Shown here: piece after piece, positions 1 to 14,034 of the stretch | Position numbering within the stretch: position 1 is the stretch's first letter | Layout: every line of letters starts with the position of its first letter | DNA from: Eledone cirrhosa | Taxonomy: Eukaryota | DNA: 64,000 bases | NCBI GenBank assembly: GCA_964016885.1 | Contig: OZ024742.1 | Coordinates: 42,966,001-43,030,000 of the forward strand | Direction of reading: 5' to 3' | Position numbers and translations under genes: made by a program | The notes under the pieces: generated by a model | What the model saw: only the letters and a program-made list of their open reading frames with translations | What the model was told of the DNA's origin: nothing | The model's database searches: none

Positions 1-182
1 TGAGACCCCGGGGAACCCCTTGATTAAAATGAAATATATGTAAGAAATCAAATGGGCATGAGTACCACACGCGCGTCAAGTTTCATCAAGATCAGTTTGG
101 TAGTTTTTTAGTGTTAGGTTCACAAACAAACAAACACACAAACAAATCCACAAACACACTCACTAACAGACAGAAATTGCCA
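1..182 (-). mobile_element. Non-autonomous Helitron-like element, 5' part (runs off window)
   Basis: Minus strand has a TA-rich start, (TGTT)n/(TGTC) repeats, then GATCTTGATGAAACTTG, resembling CCGATTTTCACAAAACTTG in the CTAG-ending element at about 20.0 kb. Confidence 0.4.
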
Positions 183-232
183 TATATGAATGAAAAATGA
201 CGAGCTGTGTTGTTGCAAATAGGATATATATA

Positions 233-770
233 ATAAATGAAGAATTAGAAATAGAAGCCAGGAATATCCGTCATCAGTGGTCTACTAGCATCATAGGTAT
301 TTCTTCGCATTACAGACCATATACCTCAAGCTAGGGCGATACAATAACTAAATTAAGTTATTGGGATAAAAAGAGTTCTTCCTCACACTTTCACTCACTC
401 ACTATCAACCGTCCATCGGTTTCCCACCAAAACACTGCACAATACCTACTGAGTTAGACTCACACTGCTAAAAAAACTTCTCTGGGTTTGGTTAAAATAA
501 ACTTAGGGACATACAGCCTATCACTGAATAACTACCCCCCTTAGTGGGTTATGTCCCTTTCACCGACGCCATTGTGTTTACACTTTTTCGGGCAAAATGC
601 AGGGTGATGTAAAGTTGGAGTAATAAATTCTCAACGGTATCTATACTTACTGATGTAATCATAAAAACTTCTGCCTCTGAAGAGCCCTTCTGGGCGAAAC
701 ACGTGTAAGAGCTATGTAAAGAATTGTTTTAACGGCTTGTAACTCCTTCATTCATTCATTCATTTGCTTA
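233..770 (+). mobile_element. PLE 3'-end/pLTR fragment (non-coding) between TA tracts
   Basis: Flanked by (TA)n; HHR about 60 nt before the 3' end, as in the other PLE ends here. Confidence 0.45.
673..712 (+). ncRNA. Minimal type I hammerhead ribozyme
   Basis: CTGAAGA-GCCC ttct GGGC-GAAA-CACGTG-TA; palindromic stem III; weak stem I. Confidence 0.7.
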
Positions 771-781
771 TATATATATAT

Positions 782-1555
<774 letters not shown>

Positions 1556-1559
<4 letters not shown>

Positions 1560-1981
1560 ATTAAATAAATGGAAACTATATTTATAAAACCATATTTATT
1601 TCATTATATATATTTCGGGGATATCATATTAACAATATGCTATGCCTTCCTCAGACAAAATACAATATAAACAGTTTTATAGATAAATAGATTCGACATA
1701 CCGTTATAACACCGACTTGCATTTCAAATGCAAGTCGGTGTTATAACGGTATGTCGAATCTATTTATCTATAAAACTGTTTATATTGTATTTTGTCTGAG
1801 GAAGGCATAGCATATTGTTAATATGATATCCCCGAAATATATATAATGAAATAAATATGGTTTTATAAATATAGTTTCCATTTATTTAATATTGTAAATA
1901 TACTCCAAATATTTGTCGAGTGCCTTTATATCAGTTATAAATATTTACTAGTTGTAACCCAACAATTTTAAATATAACTTT

Positions 1982-1984
<3 letters not shown>
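1556..1984 (+). mobile_element. Hairpin PLE-end insert, family H1 (also at 18916 and 50676)
   Basis: About 169-bp palindromic arms centred at 1725; tail 1895-1984; contains an HHR. Confidence 0.75.
1788..1853 (+). ncRNA. Hammerhead ribozyme (family H1)
   Basis: TATTTTGT-CTGAGGA-long imperfect stem II-GAAA-TATATA-TA-ATGAAATA. Confidence 0.65.
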
Positions 1985-2069
<85 letters not shown>

Positions 2070-2086
2070 ATATATATATGTGTATA

Positions 2087-2185
<99 letters not shown>

Positions 2186-2641
2186 AGTGTAATTTTCTAC
2201 ACAAAACGAAGGTTATAGAGAAAATTGAGGTTGGTAATGGCACATGGAATATATAAGAGACAGAATACTTTTTTGTGAAAAAACATAATTTTATAAGGTA
2301 AGGAAATAATAAAGGGTATAAAAAATGACCGGTTTCGATGGGTCTGCAAAAGCCATCTTTTCAAATGTTGATTAATATTAAGAAAAATTAATAATACGAA
2401 GAGTTAAAATTTGAGACTTGAAAATTCAAGTATAAAATTCATTGTGGGATTTCATAGCAGTTTTCATCTAGGTAGCAACAACAGGTTGACTGCTGTGTCC
2501 CTTTCTGGTAGTGAATGAGAAGTTATTTGGGGTGTGGGTTATTTTATAAAGGTCAGATTTAGCAATAGCCAGCTGCTGGTCAGTGAGGGGGTGGAAGCAA
2601 TATACACACACATACCTTCATCCACACATACATACACATAC

Positions 2642-2688
<47 letters not shown>

Positions 2689-2757
2689 CACACATACATA
2701 CACACACACATACATATACATACACACATACACACACACACACATATATATACACAT

Positions 2758-2812
<55 letters not shown>

Positions 2813-2843
2813 TATATATACATACACATACATCCAGATACAC

Positions 2844-2949
<106 letters not shown>

Positions 2950-3003
2950 CCCCACACATACATACACACACACATATATATATACATACACACATACAAA
3001 CAT

Positions 3004-3034
<31 letters not shown>

Positions 3035-3501
3035 CACACATACACACACATATATATACACACACACACACACACATGCATATATATATATATATACACA
3101 TACGCATACATCCAGATACCCACATACATACACACACACACACACACACGCACACACAATACATACATCCACATGCACACACATACTCACACACACACAC
3201 ACACACATACATACACCCACACACAGAGAAATGGCCTTCAAATATATATATATATATATATATACATACAGACACATATATTTTTTCCATAATATAAGAA
3301 GTTGGGGCAGTGAAATTAAAATAATTCTGTGTGCGCATATATATATAGATATACGTGTGTGCACGTGCAGGGTTTAACATGGATGTGTTGGTCACACAAA
3401 GGCATGGTCTGTCAATGAATAAACCTGATTCTACAGAATTGGTCTCTGGTCTTTAATAGTAGTGATTCCGTGCGTATGTGTGTTTATATTTTATGACAAT
3501 T

Positions 3502-5021
3502 CTATTGGGGTGATAACCCGTTTAGTTTTGGTTTAAATTTGTTAAGGAATAGATTTTCTTTGTTTATTCTTTGTTGTTGTGTGAACGAATCTGAGCACTT
3601 GTAGAAGGGGAAGATTTTAAAGTTGGGTAGTGTCATTCCTGCGCAGTTCGCAATATGGCTGCTCAAGGGGATTTTTCTTGTGTTAGCGTCCCGGATTTGT
3701 TGGCGGTGGATGGTCATTCTTTTGCGTAATGAGGTGCCCGTCTGTCCTATGTAGTTGTGTTTGCACCCACCGCAAGTTATTGCGTAAATCAAGTTCTCCG
3801 AGTTGCAGGTGAAATTGTTTTTTACTGTAAATGTTTGGCCATCTTTGAATGTAAATGTTTGTCCTTCAGTGAGGTAGAGGCACGTTCCACAGTTTGTTCT
3901 ACCACATTTGGTAACTGTAGGGTTGAGGATCGGTTTGGGTATATTTGGTCCAGTGAGAATGCGTTTAAGTGATTTGGGTTGTCTTTTACTTTTAAGGATC
4001 TTGTGTGTTTCAAGAATAGACTTCATTTTTACATCTTTAAGTAGGATGGGGAGGTTTTTGTGTAGGTGATCAAACATTTCGGTATTTCTGGGGTTGAAAG
4101 TGGATACATATGGCAGGGTGTTGAGTGTGGTTTTCTGTTTTGGATTGTTAAGTTGATGGGGATTTAGGTGTTTTGCCCTGTCTATTCCATTGTTGATTAT
4201 TTCAAGTGGAAAGGCTCTTAAGATAAGGGTGTCTTTTAGTTCCTTTAGTCTTTGCTCCCGTTTAGGTGGATCTGATACTATGGTACATATACGTTTGGCC
4301 AAATTGTAAGGAATGTTAAGTTTTGTATGTTTTGGGTGACTTGATGTGAAAAAGAGGTATTGCTTGGAATCTGTGGGTTTATAGAATATATCTGTATCTA
4401 ATTTCCCGTCTATTACAGAGATGAGAATATCCAAGAAGGCTAATTCCTTAGGATTGGATTCCATTGTGAATTGTATGTTATTATCTATGTTGTTTATCAT
4501 GTTTTTAAACGTAGTAAGTGAGTTCATGTCTTCTTGCCATAGGATAAAGCAGTCGTCTAGATATCTTTTCCAATTGGCTTTGAGGTGTGTGTGGAAAGAG
4601 TCTCCAAATAAGAGAAGGGACTGACTGTATATTTGTTGTTCATGGAATCCCATGACTAGGTTGGCATATGTGGGTGCTACTTTCGTGCCCATTGCCGTAC
4701 CTGATACTTGTCTGTATGTTGAACCATTGAATGTGAAGTAGTTATTTTGTAGGATAAAGCGGAGTCCGTCAGTGATAAAATCTGTGTTGATGCGTGTCGG
4801 TATTTCTGATGGGTGTGTGTTAAGCCAGTATTGGACTGCTGTTATTCCATAGTTGTGAGGTATGTTTGTGTAGAGGTTTATTACGTCAAAGGAGACAAGA
4901 ATTGTATTTGCACTTACTGTTTTAGGGAGGTGTTTCAGCATGTCAAGGTCATCTCGTATGTAGCTCTGTATATGTTGTAGAAAGGGTTTCAGTAGGATGT
5001 CCAGAAAGTTGCTAAGTCTGT
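3502..5021 (-). CDS. PLE RT + GIY-YIG endonuclease, 5'-truncated
   Basis: SFDVINLYTNI, GTAMG, RYLDD, CxxxxCxxC linker, NLIY..YIGQT..R..H, LN; frame stays open upstream of the ATG at 4941 to the junction. Confidence 0.93.
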
Positions 5022-5022
5022 G

Positions 5023-6092
5023 GGAAAAGATATCTAGACGACTGCTTTATCCTATGGCAAGAAGACATGAACTCACTTACTACGTTTAAAAACATGATAA
5101 ACAACATAGATAATAACATACAATTCACAATGGAATCCAATCCTAAGGAATTAGCCTTCTTGGATATTCTCATCTCTGTAATAGACGGGAAATTAGATAC
5201 AGATATATTCTATAAACCCACAGATTCCAAGCAATACCTCTTTTTCACATCAAGTCACCCAAAACATACAAAACTTAACATTCCTTACAATTTGGCCAAA
5301 CGTATATGTACCATAGTATCAGATCCACCTAAACGGGAGCAAAGACTAAAGGAACTAAAAGACACCCTTATCTTAAGAGCCTTTCCACTTGAAATAATCA
5401 ACAATGGAATAGACAGGGCAAAACACCTAAATCCCCATCAACTTAACAATCCAAAACAGAAAACCACACTCAACACCCTGCCATATGTATCCACTTTCAA
5501 CCCCAGAAATACCGAAATGTTTGATCACCTACACAAAAACCTCCCCATCCTACTTAAAGATGTAAAAATGAAGTCTATTCTTGAAACACACAAGATCCTT
5601 AAAAGTAAAAGACAACCCAAATCACTTAAACGCATTCTCACTGGACCAAATATACCCAAACCGATCCTCAACCCTACAGTTACCAAATGTGGTAGAACAA
5701 ACTGTGGAACGTGCCTCTACCTCACTGAAGGACAAACATTTACATTCAAAGATGGCCAAACATTTACAGTAAAAAACAATTTCACCTGCAACTCGGAGAA
5801 CTTGATTTACGCAATAACTTGCGGTGGGTGCAAACACAACTACATAGGACAGACGGGCACCTCATTACGCAAAAGAATGACCATCCACCGCCAACAAATC
5901 CGGGACGCTAACACAAGAAAAATCCCCTTGAGCAGCCATATTGCGAACTGCGCAGGAATGACACTACCCAACTTTAAAATCTTCCCCTTCTACAAGTGCT
6001 CAGATTCGTTCACACAACAACAAAGAATAAACAAAGAAAATCTATTCCTTAACAAATTTAAACCAAAACTAAACGGGTTATCACCCCAATAG
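5023..6092 (+). CDS. PLE RT C-terminus + GIY-YIG (inverted copy)
   Basis: The 341-aa ORF 5067-6092 is identical to the C-terminus of the minus-strand ORF. Confidence 0.92.
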
Positions 6093-6551
6093 AATTGTCA
6101 TAAAATATAAACACACATACGCACGGAATCACTACTATTAAAGACCAGAGACCAATTCTGTAGAATCAGGTTTATTCATTGACAGACCATGCCTTTGTGT
6201 GACCAACACATCCATGTTAAACCCTGCACGTGCACACACGTATATCTATATATATATGCGCACACAGAATTATTTTAATTTCACTGCCCCAACTTCTTAT
6301 ATTATGGAAAAAATATATGTGTCTGTATGTATATATATATATATATATATTTGAAGGCCATTTCTCTGTGTGTGGGTGTATGTATGTGTGTGTGTGTGTG
6401 TGTGAGTATGTGTGTGCATGTGGATGTATGTATTGTGTGTGCGTGTGTGTGTGTGTATGTATGTGGGTATCTGGATGTATGCGTATGTGTATATATATAT
6501 ATATATGCATGTGTGTGTGTGTGTGTGTATATATATGTGTGTGTATGTGTG

Positions 6552-6582
<31 letters not shown>

Positions 6583-6632
6583 ATGTTTGTATGTGTGTAT
6601 GTATATATATATGTGTGTGTGTATGTATGTGT

Positions 6633-6748
<116 letters not shown>

Positions 6749-6779
6749 GTGTATCTGGATGTATGTGTATGTATATATA

Positions 6780-6836
<57 letters not shown>

Positions 6837-6905
6837 ATGTGTATATATATGTGTGTGTGTGTGTATGTGTGTATGTATATGTATGTGTGTGTGTATGTAT
6901 GTGTG

Positions 6906-6964
<59 letters not shown>

Positions 6965-7237
6965 GTATGTGTATGTATGTGTGGATGAAGGTATGTGTGT
7001 GTATATTGCTTCCACCCCCTCACTGACCAGCAGCTGGCTATTGCTAAATCTGACCTTTATAAAATAACCCACACCCCAAATAACTTCTCATTCACTACCA
7101 GAAAGGGACACAGCAGTCAACCTGTTGTTGCTACCTAGATGAAAACTGCTATGAAATCCCACAATGAATTTTATACTTGAATTTTCAAGTCTCAAATTTT
7201 AACTCTTCGTATTATTAATTTTTCTTAATATTAATCA

Positions 7238-7283
7238 ACATTTGAAAAGATGGCTTTTGCAGACCCATCGAAACCGGTCATTT
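7238..7283 (+). ncRNA. Hammerhead with U3-A8 core (mirror copy about 2323-2368, minus)
   Basis: TTGAAAA-GATGG..CCATC-GAAA-CCGG-TC; compensatory U3/A8 pair replaces C3/G8. Confidence 0.65.
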
Positions 7284-7407
7284 TTTATACCCTTTATTAT
7301 TTCCTTACCTTATAAAATTATGTTTTTTCACAAAAAAGTATTCTGTCTCTTATATATTCCATGTGCCATTACCAACCTCAATTTTCTCTATATATATATA
7401 TATATAT

Positions 7408-7790
7408 ATTAATATTTGATGAACATTTACATGTTTTAGTTGCAATTGACTAATAAAATCGCTAGAATGAAATATCTTAATTGAACAACATAAAGTTTGC
7501 CTGTACGATCTAAAAAATAATAAATCAATACTCACAGACTCATATGGGTAAAAAGCCCATAGGTACCAAGGCTTTTTGCCCATATGAGTCTGTGAGTATT
7601 GATTTATTATTTTTTAGATCGTACAGGCAAACTTTATGTTGTTGAATTAAGATATTTCATTCTAGCGATTTTATTAGTCAATTGCAACTAAAACATGTAA
7701 ATGTTCATCAAATATTAATTTATTCTGCTCAGAAGCGATTCTTAGAGCTGAAATGATTGTAAATGACTCCATTGAGTGTAAACTCTAAGC
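7408..7790 (+). mobile_element. Short asymmetric hairpin insert
   Basis: About 150-bp arms (7408-7557, 7570-7719); tail 7720-7790; TA flanks. Confidence 0.7.
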
Positions 7791-7817
<27 letters not shown>

Positions 7818-7821
<4 letters not shown>

Positions 7822-7996
7822 AAAAATTAGACCCCGACGGCAGAGCTCAAGCCGTTTCGACGTCCAGAAATAGCTGTCGAAACGGCTTGAGCTCTGCCGT
7901 CGGAGTCATACTTTTTCCTATTTCCCACTCTACTACCCTAAGTATTGAGTACTTGGTGCGTTATGGTCCATCTGGTTCCTTACCACATTTCCTTTG

Positions 7997-7998
<2 letters not shown>
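7818..7998 (+). mobile_element. Short hairpin insert, family N
   Basis: Arms centred near 7868, then the conserved tail ...GGTGCGTTATGGTCCA.CTGGTTCCTTACCACATTTCC... Confidence 0.75.
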
Positions 7999-8056
<58 letters not shown>

Positions 8057-8471
8057 CGTTTCTGAATTTGTTTAACAAGATTCTTTATCTGAAATCGTGT
8101 GTTGAAACCGATATTTTTATACTTTGGGAGGGTCATGTTGCCAATAAGAAACACACGCACCAGTTGCTTTCACTTCAATTTATTATAATAAATTTATAAT
8201 AAATTTATAAATTTATAAATTTCTGGTTGATTGGTTGGTTCCACAACCAGATAGTTGTTTATATATTGTCATAGTTCTTTCGTCACACACTCTGTGACCT
8301 CTTCAGTGACTGGGGATTCCTTTCTTTGTTTTTGTGCCTCTCCTTTCGTCTGTCCTACGCATGCGCCACATCCGGGTGTCTGTGTGTGTTTATGTTCATT
8401 TATTTATTTGTTTATTTACATGTTACTGGTTGGTTGTTTGTTCTATGGGTGTGTGTGTTTTCATTTTGTCC

Positions 8472-11166
8472 TTAATTGTAAGTTGTGATGTTGCTGTTCC
8501 ACTCATATTTTCTATTTAATTTTGGTTGTAATTCTTTTATGTTTATTGCCTCTGTGATTTGTCTAAACATTGCGTCTTTTCTGTGTGTAGATTCTATTTT
8601 TATTTCTATGTTCTCTAATTTACCCTTGTGTTCTATTTTAGCATGTTGGTAGAGTACAGATGATTCTTTACTATCTTGAAGGTCTCGCCAGTGTTCATTT
8701 ATCCGTTCCCCTACACTACGAGCTGTCTCACCTATGTACACTATATTTTTGTCTCTACATTGTCCTTCAGTACATCTTATGCTATACACTACATTTCTAG
8801 TTTTACAGTTAATATGGGGGCTTATTTTACAGGTTATACATTTCTTGTCTATACATGAGGGTCTTTGAAAAGGCTATGTCTTGCTAATAAGTGTTTTTAC
8901 GGAGGTACCTGGTCTTTCTACTATCTTAATATTGAGTTTATGTTTATCTAGGGCCCTTCTAAATTTGTAAGCTAATTCACCTCTAGGGGTTGTATCGATG
9001 AACATTACACTCTGGTATTTATTGCTATCATACCATGAGTTTATTCTATTAGCCTTGTTCCTAGTTCTTTCTATTCTATTCCAAAATTTGCTCCTATACA
9101 AGGGGCAGGTCCCATTTATGTCATTATTTACCATTTTTTCCCATTTGGTTCTGGCTCCACTATACACTCTGATTTTATCTCTCTGATTGTAGCCAGAGAA
9201 CTGCATACGGTGGATGAAGTGTTGTATGTGTCTCTAGTTCTTCGGGGTTGCACATGCGGGACACGTTTCTCATCACCCGTACCAAATCCGCAATCAGTAT
9301 GTTGATTTTGGTATGGTCCGAAACGGCCGAGTTTCGGTGGATCAGATGTTTGGAAGTCATGGGTTTGGCATAATGGGAATGGAGGATTTGTTTTTTGTTA
9401 TTAATGGTATCTAACCAGAGCTCTGTGTCTAGTACAGGTAATCGATGGTTGGGGTGTTTACTTGGGTAGTCTATAGTAACTCTAATACTCTGGTGGATGG
9501 AGTTAGCTATTTGCTGGATGCTTTCCATTGTGTTTTTCTCTAGTTCCTGACTGTTCTCTAGTGGGGGTGTCCTAACTACGATGTTTATATCATCAACGTA
9601 GCGGGAGTACATTATCAGGGTTAAGGGGTCTTCTAATTGTTCTTTAAGTTTAAGTTTAAGTCTACTGTCCCACCATACCATGAATAAGTTAGCTATGTCG
9701 CCTGCAATGCTAACACCAATGGCTGCTCCTTCCTCTTGGGCATATGTTTTTCCATTAAATTTGAACATATGTTCCTTAAGGGTTAGTTTTATGCTGGCCC
9801 CTACCGCATGTGCAATCATTTTCTTCAGTTCATCGTGGTTTTCGGGTGTCCGTATGGCTCTGGTCCACCCGTTCCATCTATCTGTGTGGGTTTTCTTGGC
9901 CATTGAGGTAATGGTAGGTGGTCTGCCTCTTGCTGGTCTTGTAGAGCACAGGTTGCTAAGGTCATATGTGTCTAGGTAATTATTACTATATGTAAGTTTA
10001 AGTAGGAGTCCCTGCTCACTGGTATCAATCCCACGGAACTCAACATTGCTCTCACTGATCATTTCTACGCATTTCTCCACAGCAAAATCCACGTCAATAG
10101 ATGGATACAGGGACACAACATCCATACTACCTATTATGCAGTTTGTTAGGTCCCTAGATCGGTTACTCTCGCCGATTCTGCTGAGGAGGTCCTCCGTGCT
10201 GTCACATACATCTGGGGACATTTCAATGATGGGGCGTATGATCAGGGAGAGGAAGTAGGACAGTCTGTAGTTACTAGCAATGTTAGCTCCACAGACTGGC
10301 CGTGTTGGTGGTCCCGCGACAGGGTCACTGCCCGTTTTATGGTCTTTTCGAAGCCCATACAACGCCGGCACGTCATTGTTCCAGGCCTGGAAGTTGTTGG
10401 CAGTCCTTTTGTTGGGCTGCATTATATTCGTCCACATCACCATATGGGCATTGAAGGCTTTTTCTCTATCCTCATGCTCCTGTGGTGTTACCTCTCTTGT
10501 GTTAGTGATGTGGGGTTGCATTGCCTGGATGTAGTTTGGCAGGCTGTCAACCGACATTCTGCCAGACTTGTCTGTTGGAAAGCATGCTATCTCTCCATTA
10601 CGCGAGCGCTGCATGAGCTTACGCAAGCCATTTGCAGATTTTTCTCCCAGTTGCTGGGCCTCCATTCTATTATGCTTCTTGCTATACTGTTCTATAATAT
10701 TTCTAAGTTCGGATCTAGCTATACTAAATTGTGGTTCTGTTTGTTCATCGACCTGCGACGGCAATTGCGTGCGTTTATTAAATGGTAAAGTCGTGGCGTG
10801 GACTCGTCGCAGGTCGAACGATTTATCGGAGGGATTATAAAAAGTAGAGTTCCAGGCTGCTGCTTTATGTGTACTAGTGCTATTGTTATTGTTAGTTGTG
10901 TTGTTTCTATTTCTATTTCCACCAACAACCTCATGGTTGTTTCTATGTCTCTCATAATTACTCCTGTCTCTTTCCACTGGCTCATTGTTGTTATCTACCC
11001 TATTTTGTGTGTCTGTGTGTTCGTCTTGGTTATTTTCTTTGTCCTTAGTCTCCCTTCTCCTTTTAATCCTATTACTTTCCCTTATTTCTGTGATTTCTGT
11101 GCTACTGTCATTACTTGTTTTCTGTGTCTGTGTGTTTGTTAAGATTGTGGTGGTGGTGAGAGGCAT
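8472..11166 (-). pseudogene. PLE RT-GIY-YIG ORF broken by frameshifts near 9235 and 8875
   Basis: FPTDKSG, LYGLRKDHK, SMDVVSLYPSI, GAAIG, RYVDD, VVY..YIGET distributed over ORFs 9175-11166, 8874-9206 and 8472-8789. Confidence 0.9.
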
Positions 11167-11310
11167 TGAATGTGTGTGTGTTGTTGTTGTTGATGTGTGC
11201 TGTTGTTGATGTGTGTTGTTGTTGTCTCGGTGTGTGTTATTATTGTTGTGTGTGTTGTTATTGTTGTTTGTGTCTGCGTGTCTGTTGTTGTTGTTTCTGG
11301 GTATGTTCTG

Positions 11311-11873
11311 GGTATGATAGCAATAAATACCAGAGTGTAATGTTCATCGATACAACCCCTAGAGGTGAATTAGCTTACAAATTTAGAAGGGCCCTAGATA
11401 AACATAAACTCAATATTAAGATAGTAGAAAGACCAGGTACCTCCGTAAAAACACTTATTAGCAAGACATACCCTTTTCAAAGACCCTCATGTATAGACAA
11501 GAAATGTATAACCTGTAAAATAAGCCCCCATATTAACTGTAAAACTAGAAATGTAGTGTATAGCATAAGATGTACTGAAGGACAATGTAGAGACAAAAAT
11601 ATAGTGTACATAGGTGAGACAGCTTGTAGTGTAGGGGAACGGATAAATGAACACTGGCGAGACCTTCAAGATAGTAAAGAATCATCTGTACTCTACCAAC
11701 ATGCTAAAATAGAACACAAGGGTAAATTAGAGAACATAGAAATAAAAATAGAATCTACACACAGAAAAGACGCAATGTTTAGACAAATCACAGAGGCAAT
11801 AAACATAAAAGAATTACAACCAAAATTAAATAGAAAATATGAGTGGAACAGCAACATCACAACTTACAATTAA
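11311..11873 (+). CDS. PLE GIY-YIG endonuclease fragment (inverted copy)
   Basis: [33 protein letters not shown]. Confidence 0.88.
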
Positions 11874-12074
11874 GGACAAAATGAAAACACACACACCCAT
11901 AGAACAAACAACCAACCAGTAACATGTAAATAAACAAATAAATAAATGAACATAAACACACACAGACACCCGGATGTGGCGCATGCGCAGACTGAGCACA
12001 CAACACACACACAGAAACAAAATAGCGTAGGACAGAACAAAGGAGAGGCACAAAAACAAAGAAAGGAATCCCCA

Positions 12075-12117
12075 GTCACTGAAGAGGTCACAGAATGTGT
12101 GATGAAAGAACTATGAC
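12075..12117 (+). ncRNA. Hammerhead ribozyme (mirror copy 8268-8310, minus)
   Basis: GTCA-CTGAAGA-G-GTCACA gaatg TGTGAT-GAAA-GAAC-TA-TGAC. Confidence 0.8.
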
Positions 12118-12262
12118 AATATATAAACAACTATCTGGTTGTGGAACCAACCAACCAGAAATTTATAAATTTATAAATTTATTATAAATTTATTATAATA
12201 AATTGAAGTGAAAGCAACTGGTGCGTGTGTTTCTTATTGGCAACATGACCCTCCCAAAGTAT

Positions 12263-12811
<549 letters not shown>

Positions 12812-12850
12812 TATACGTATATATGTATATATGTATATGTATATATGTAT

Positions 12851-12911
12851 AAGTATCGAGTACTCTGGTGCGTTATGGTCTACCTGGTTCCTTACCGCAC
12901 TTCCTTCGTTA
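12851..12911 (+). mobile_element. Family N tail fragment
   Basis: Matches 29695-29754. Confidence 0.75.
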
Positions 12912-12913
12912 TG

Positions 12914-12948
<35 letters not shown>

Positions 12949-13107
12949 TTGTGTGTGTAAAAGGTAAACTCAAATAACAACTCAATCGATACAGTATATG
13001 GAAGAAATATATATATATATATATACATAAAATTTAATATAGAAATGGTTTCTACTTGACTATATATGATGTAAAATGTTTCAGATACAAATCTAAACTA
13101 TAATAAT

Positions 13108-13285
13108 TGTTTCTACTATTGGCACAAGGCCAGCAATTACCTAGTACATTACTGGTACTTTATTTTATCGACCCCGTAAGGATGAAAGGCAAAGTTAACC
13201 TCGGCTGGATTTGAACTCAGAATGGCAAGGGCCGTAACTCTATGCGTCAAAGCATGGCGTCCGACTCTCTACCGATACTGCCAAA
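13108..13285 (-). mobile_element. tRNA-derived SINE
   Basis: Minus strand: A-box-like TGGCAGTATCGG and B-box GAGTTCAAATCC; body CCTTTCATCCTTACGGGGTCGATAAAATAAAGTACCAGT, which I recall as common in octopus. Confidence 0.8.
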
Positions 13286-13635
13286 CAACTAAGAAAGGAA
13301 TTTGATTATTTGAATGCCCAACAATGCGTGTTTGATAAAAATGCCAAGGTGGACGGAAATAAAAGCATGATGACTATAGAAAGTTACCTTAGCAATTTTT
13401 AATGATACCGAATATTTTCAGATTTTCCATCCATTATCAAGAGGAGTCGTATGGGGAACTTGGAGAGAAACCTGAGAAATATCCTGAGAGGATGATCGAT
13501 TTATTTTTATTTAAAAAACGTTAAAGTTTAATGTTGTTTTAACAACAACCGACAAACAGACCTATTTCAAATAAAGAATACATGTATTTGCCTTTATGAA
13601 ATATGTTTCGTTATATTTTTTCTTCTTTCTTTCAG

Positions 13636-13842
13636 TTGCAGACGACAACATTGCAGTAGGAAAATCAGTAAAACAAAGCGGTGTTTCTGGTAATAATGGA
13701 GCCCAGTTCGCTCTAGATGGCAACACTAATGCAGAGGGACCATGCAGTAAAACAGCTACCGTGTTAAATCCATGGTGGATTGTTGACTTGGGAGTTATCC
13801 ACAATGTTGATTTAGTCACACTCTATTTAAATCAACCTTGGT
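13636..13842 (+). CDS. Host exon: F-type lectin (fucolectin-like) domain, N-terminal half
   Basis: Pyrimidine tract + CAG acceptor, GTGAGT donor, phase 1-1; NIAVGKSVKQS..AQFALDGN..CSKT..NPWWIVDLG. Confidence 0.85.
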
Positions 13843-13930
13843 GTGAGTAAATCCTCTATCATTCTATCTGTCAGCCTTACACTTGTATCTCTGCATCTTT
13901 CTCTCTTTCCCTCTTTCTTTCTATCTCCCC

Positions 13931-14022
<92 letters not shown>

Positions 14023-14034
14023 ATATATATATAT

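Noticed and set aside
255-295. Minus-strand CTGATGA-CGGATATTCC, hammerhead-like
   Set aside because: No GAAA or stem III follows.
13421-13495. Possible extra host exon after TTTTCAG
   Set aside because: No convincing donor site or recognisable protein.
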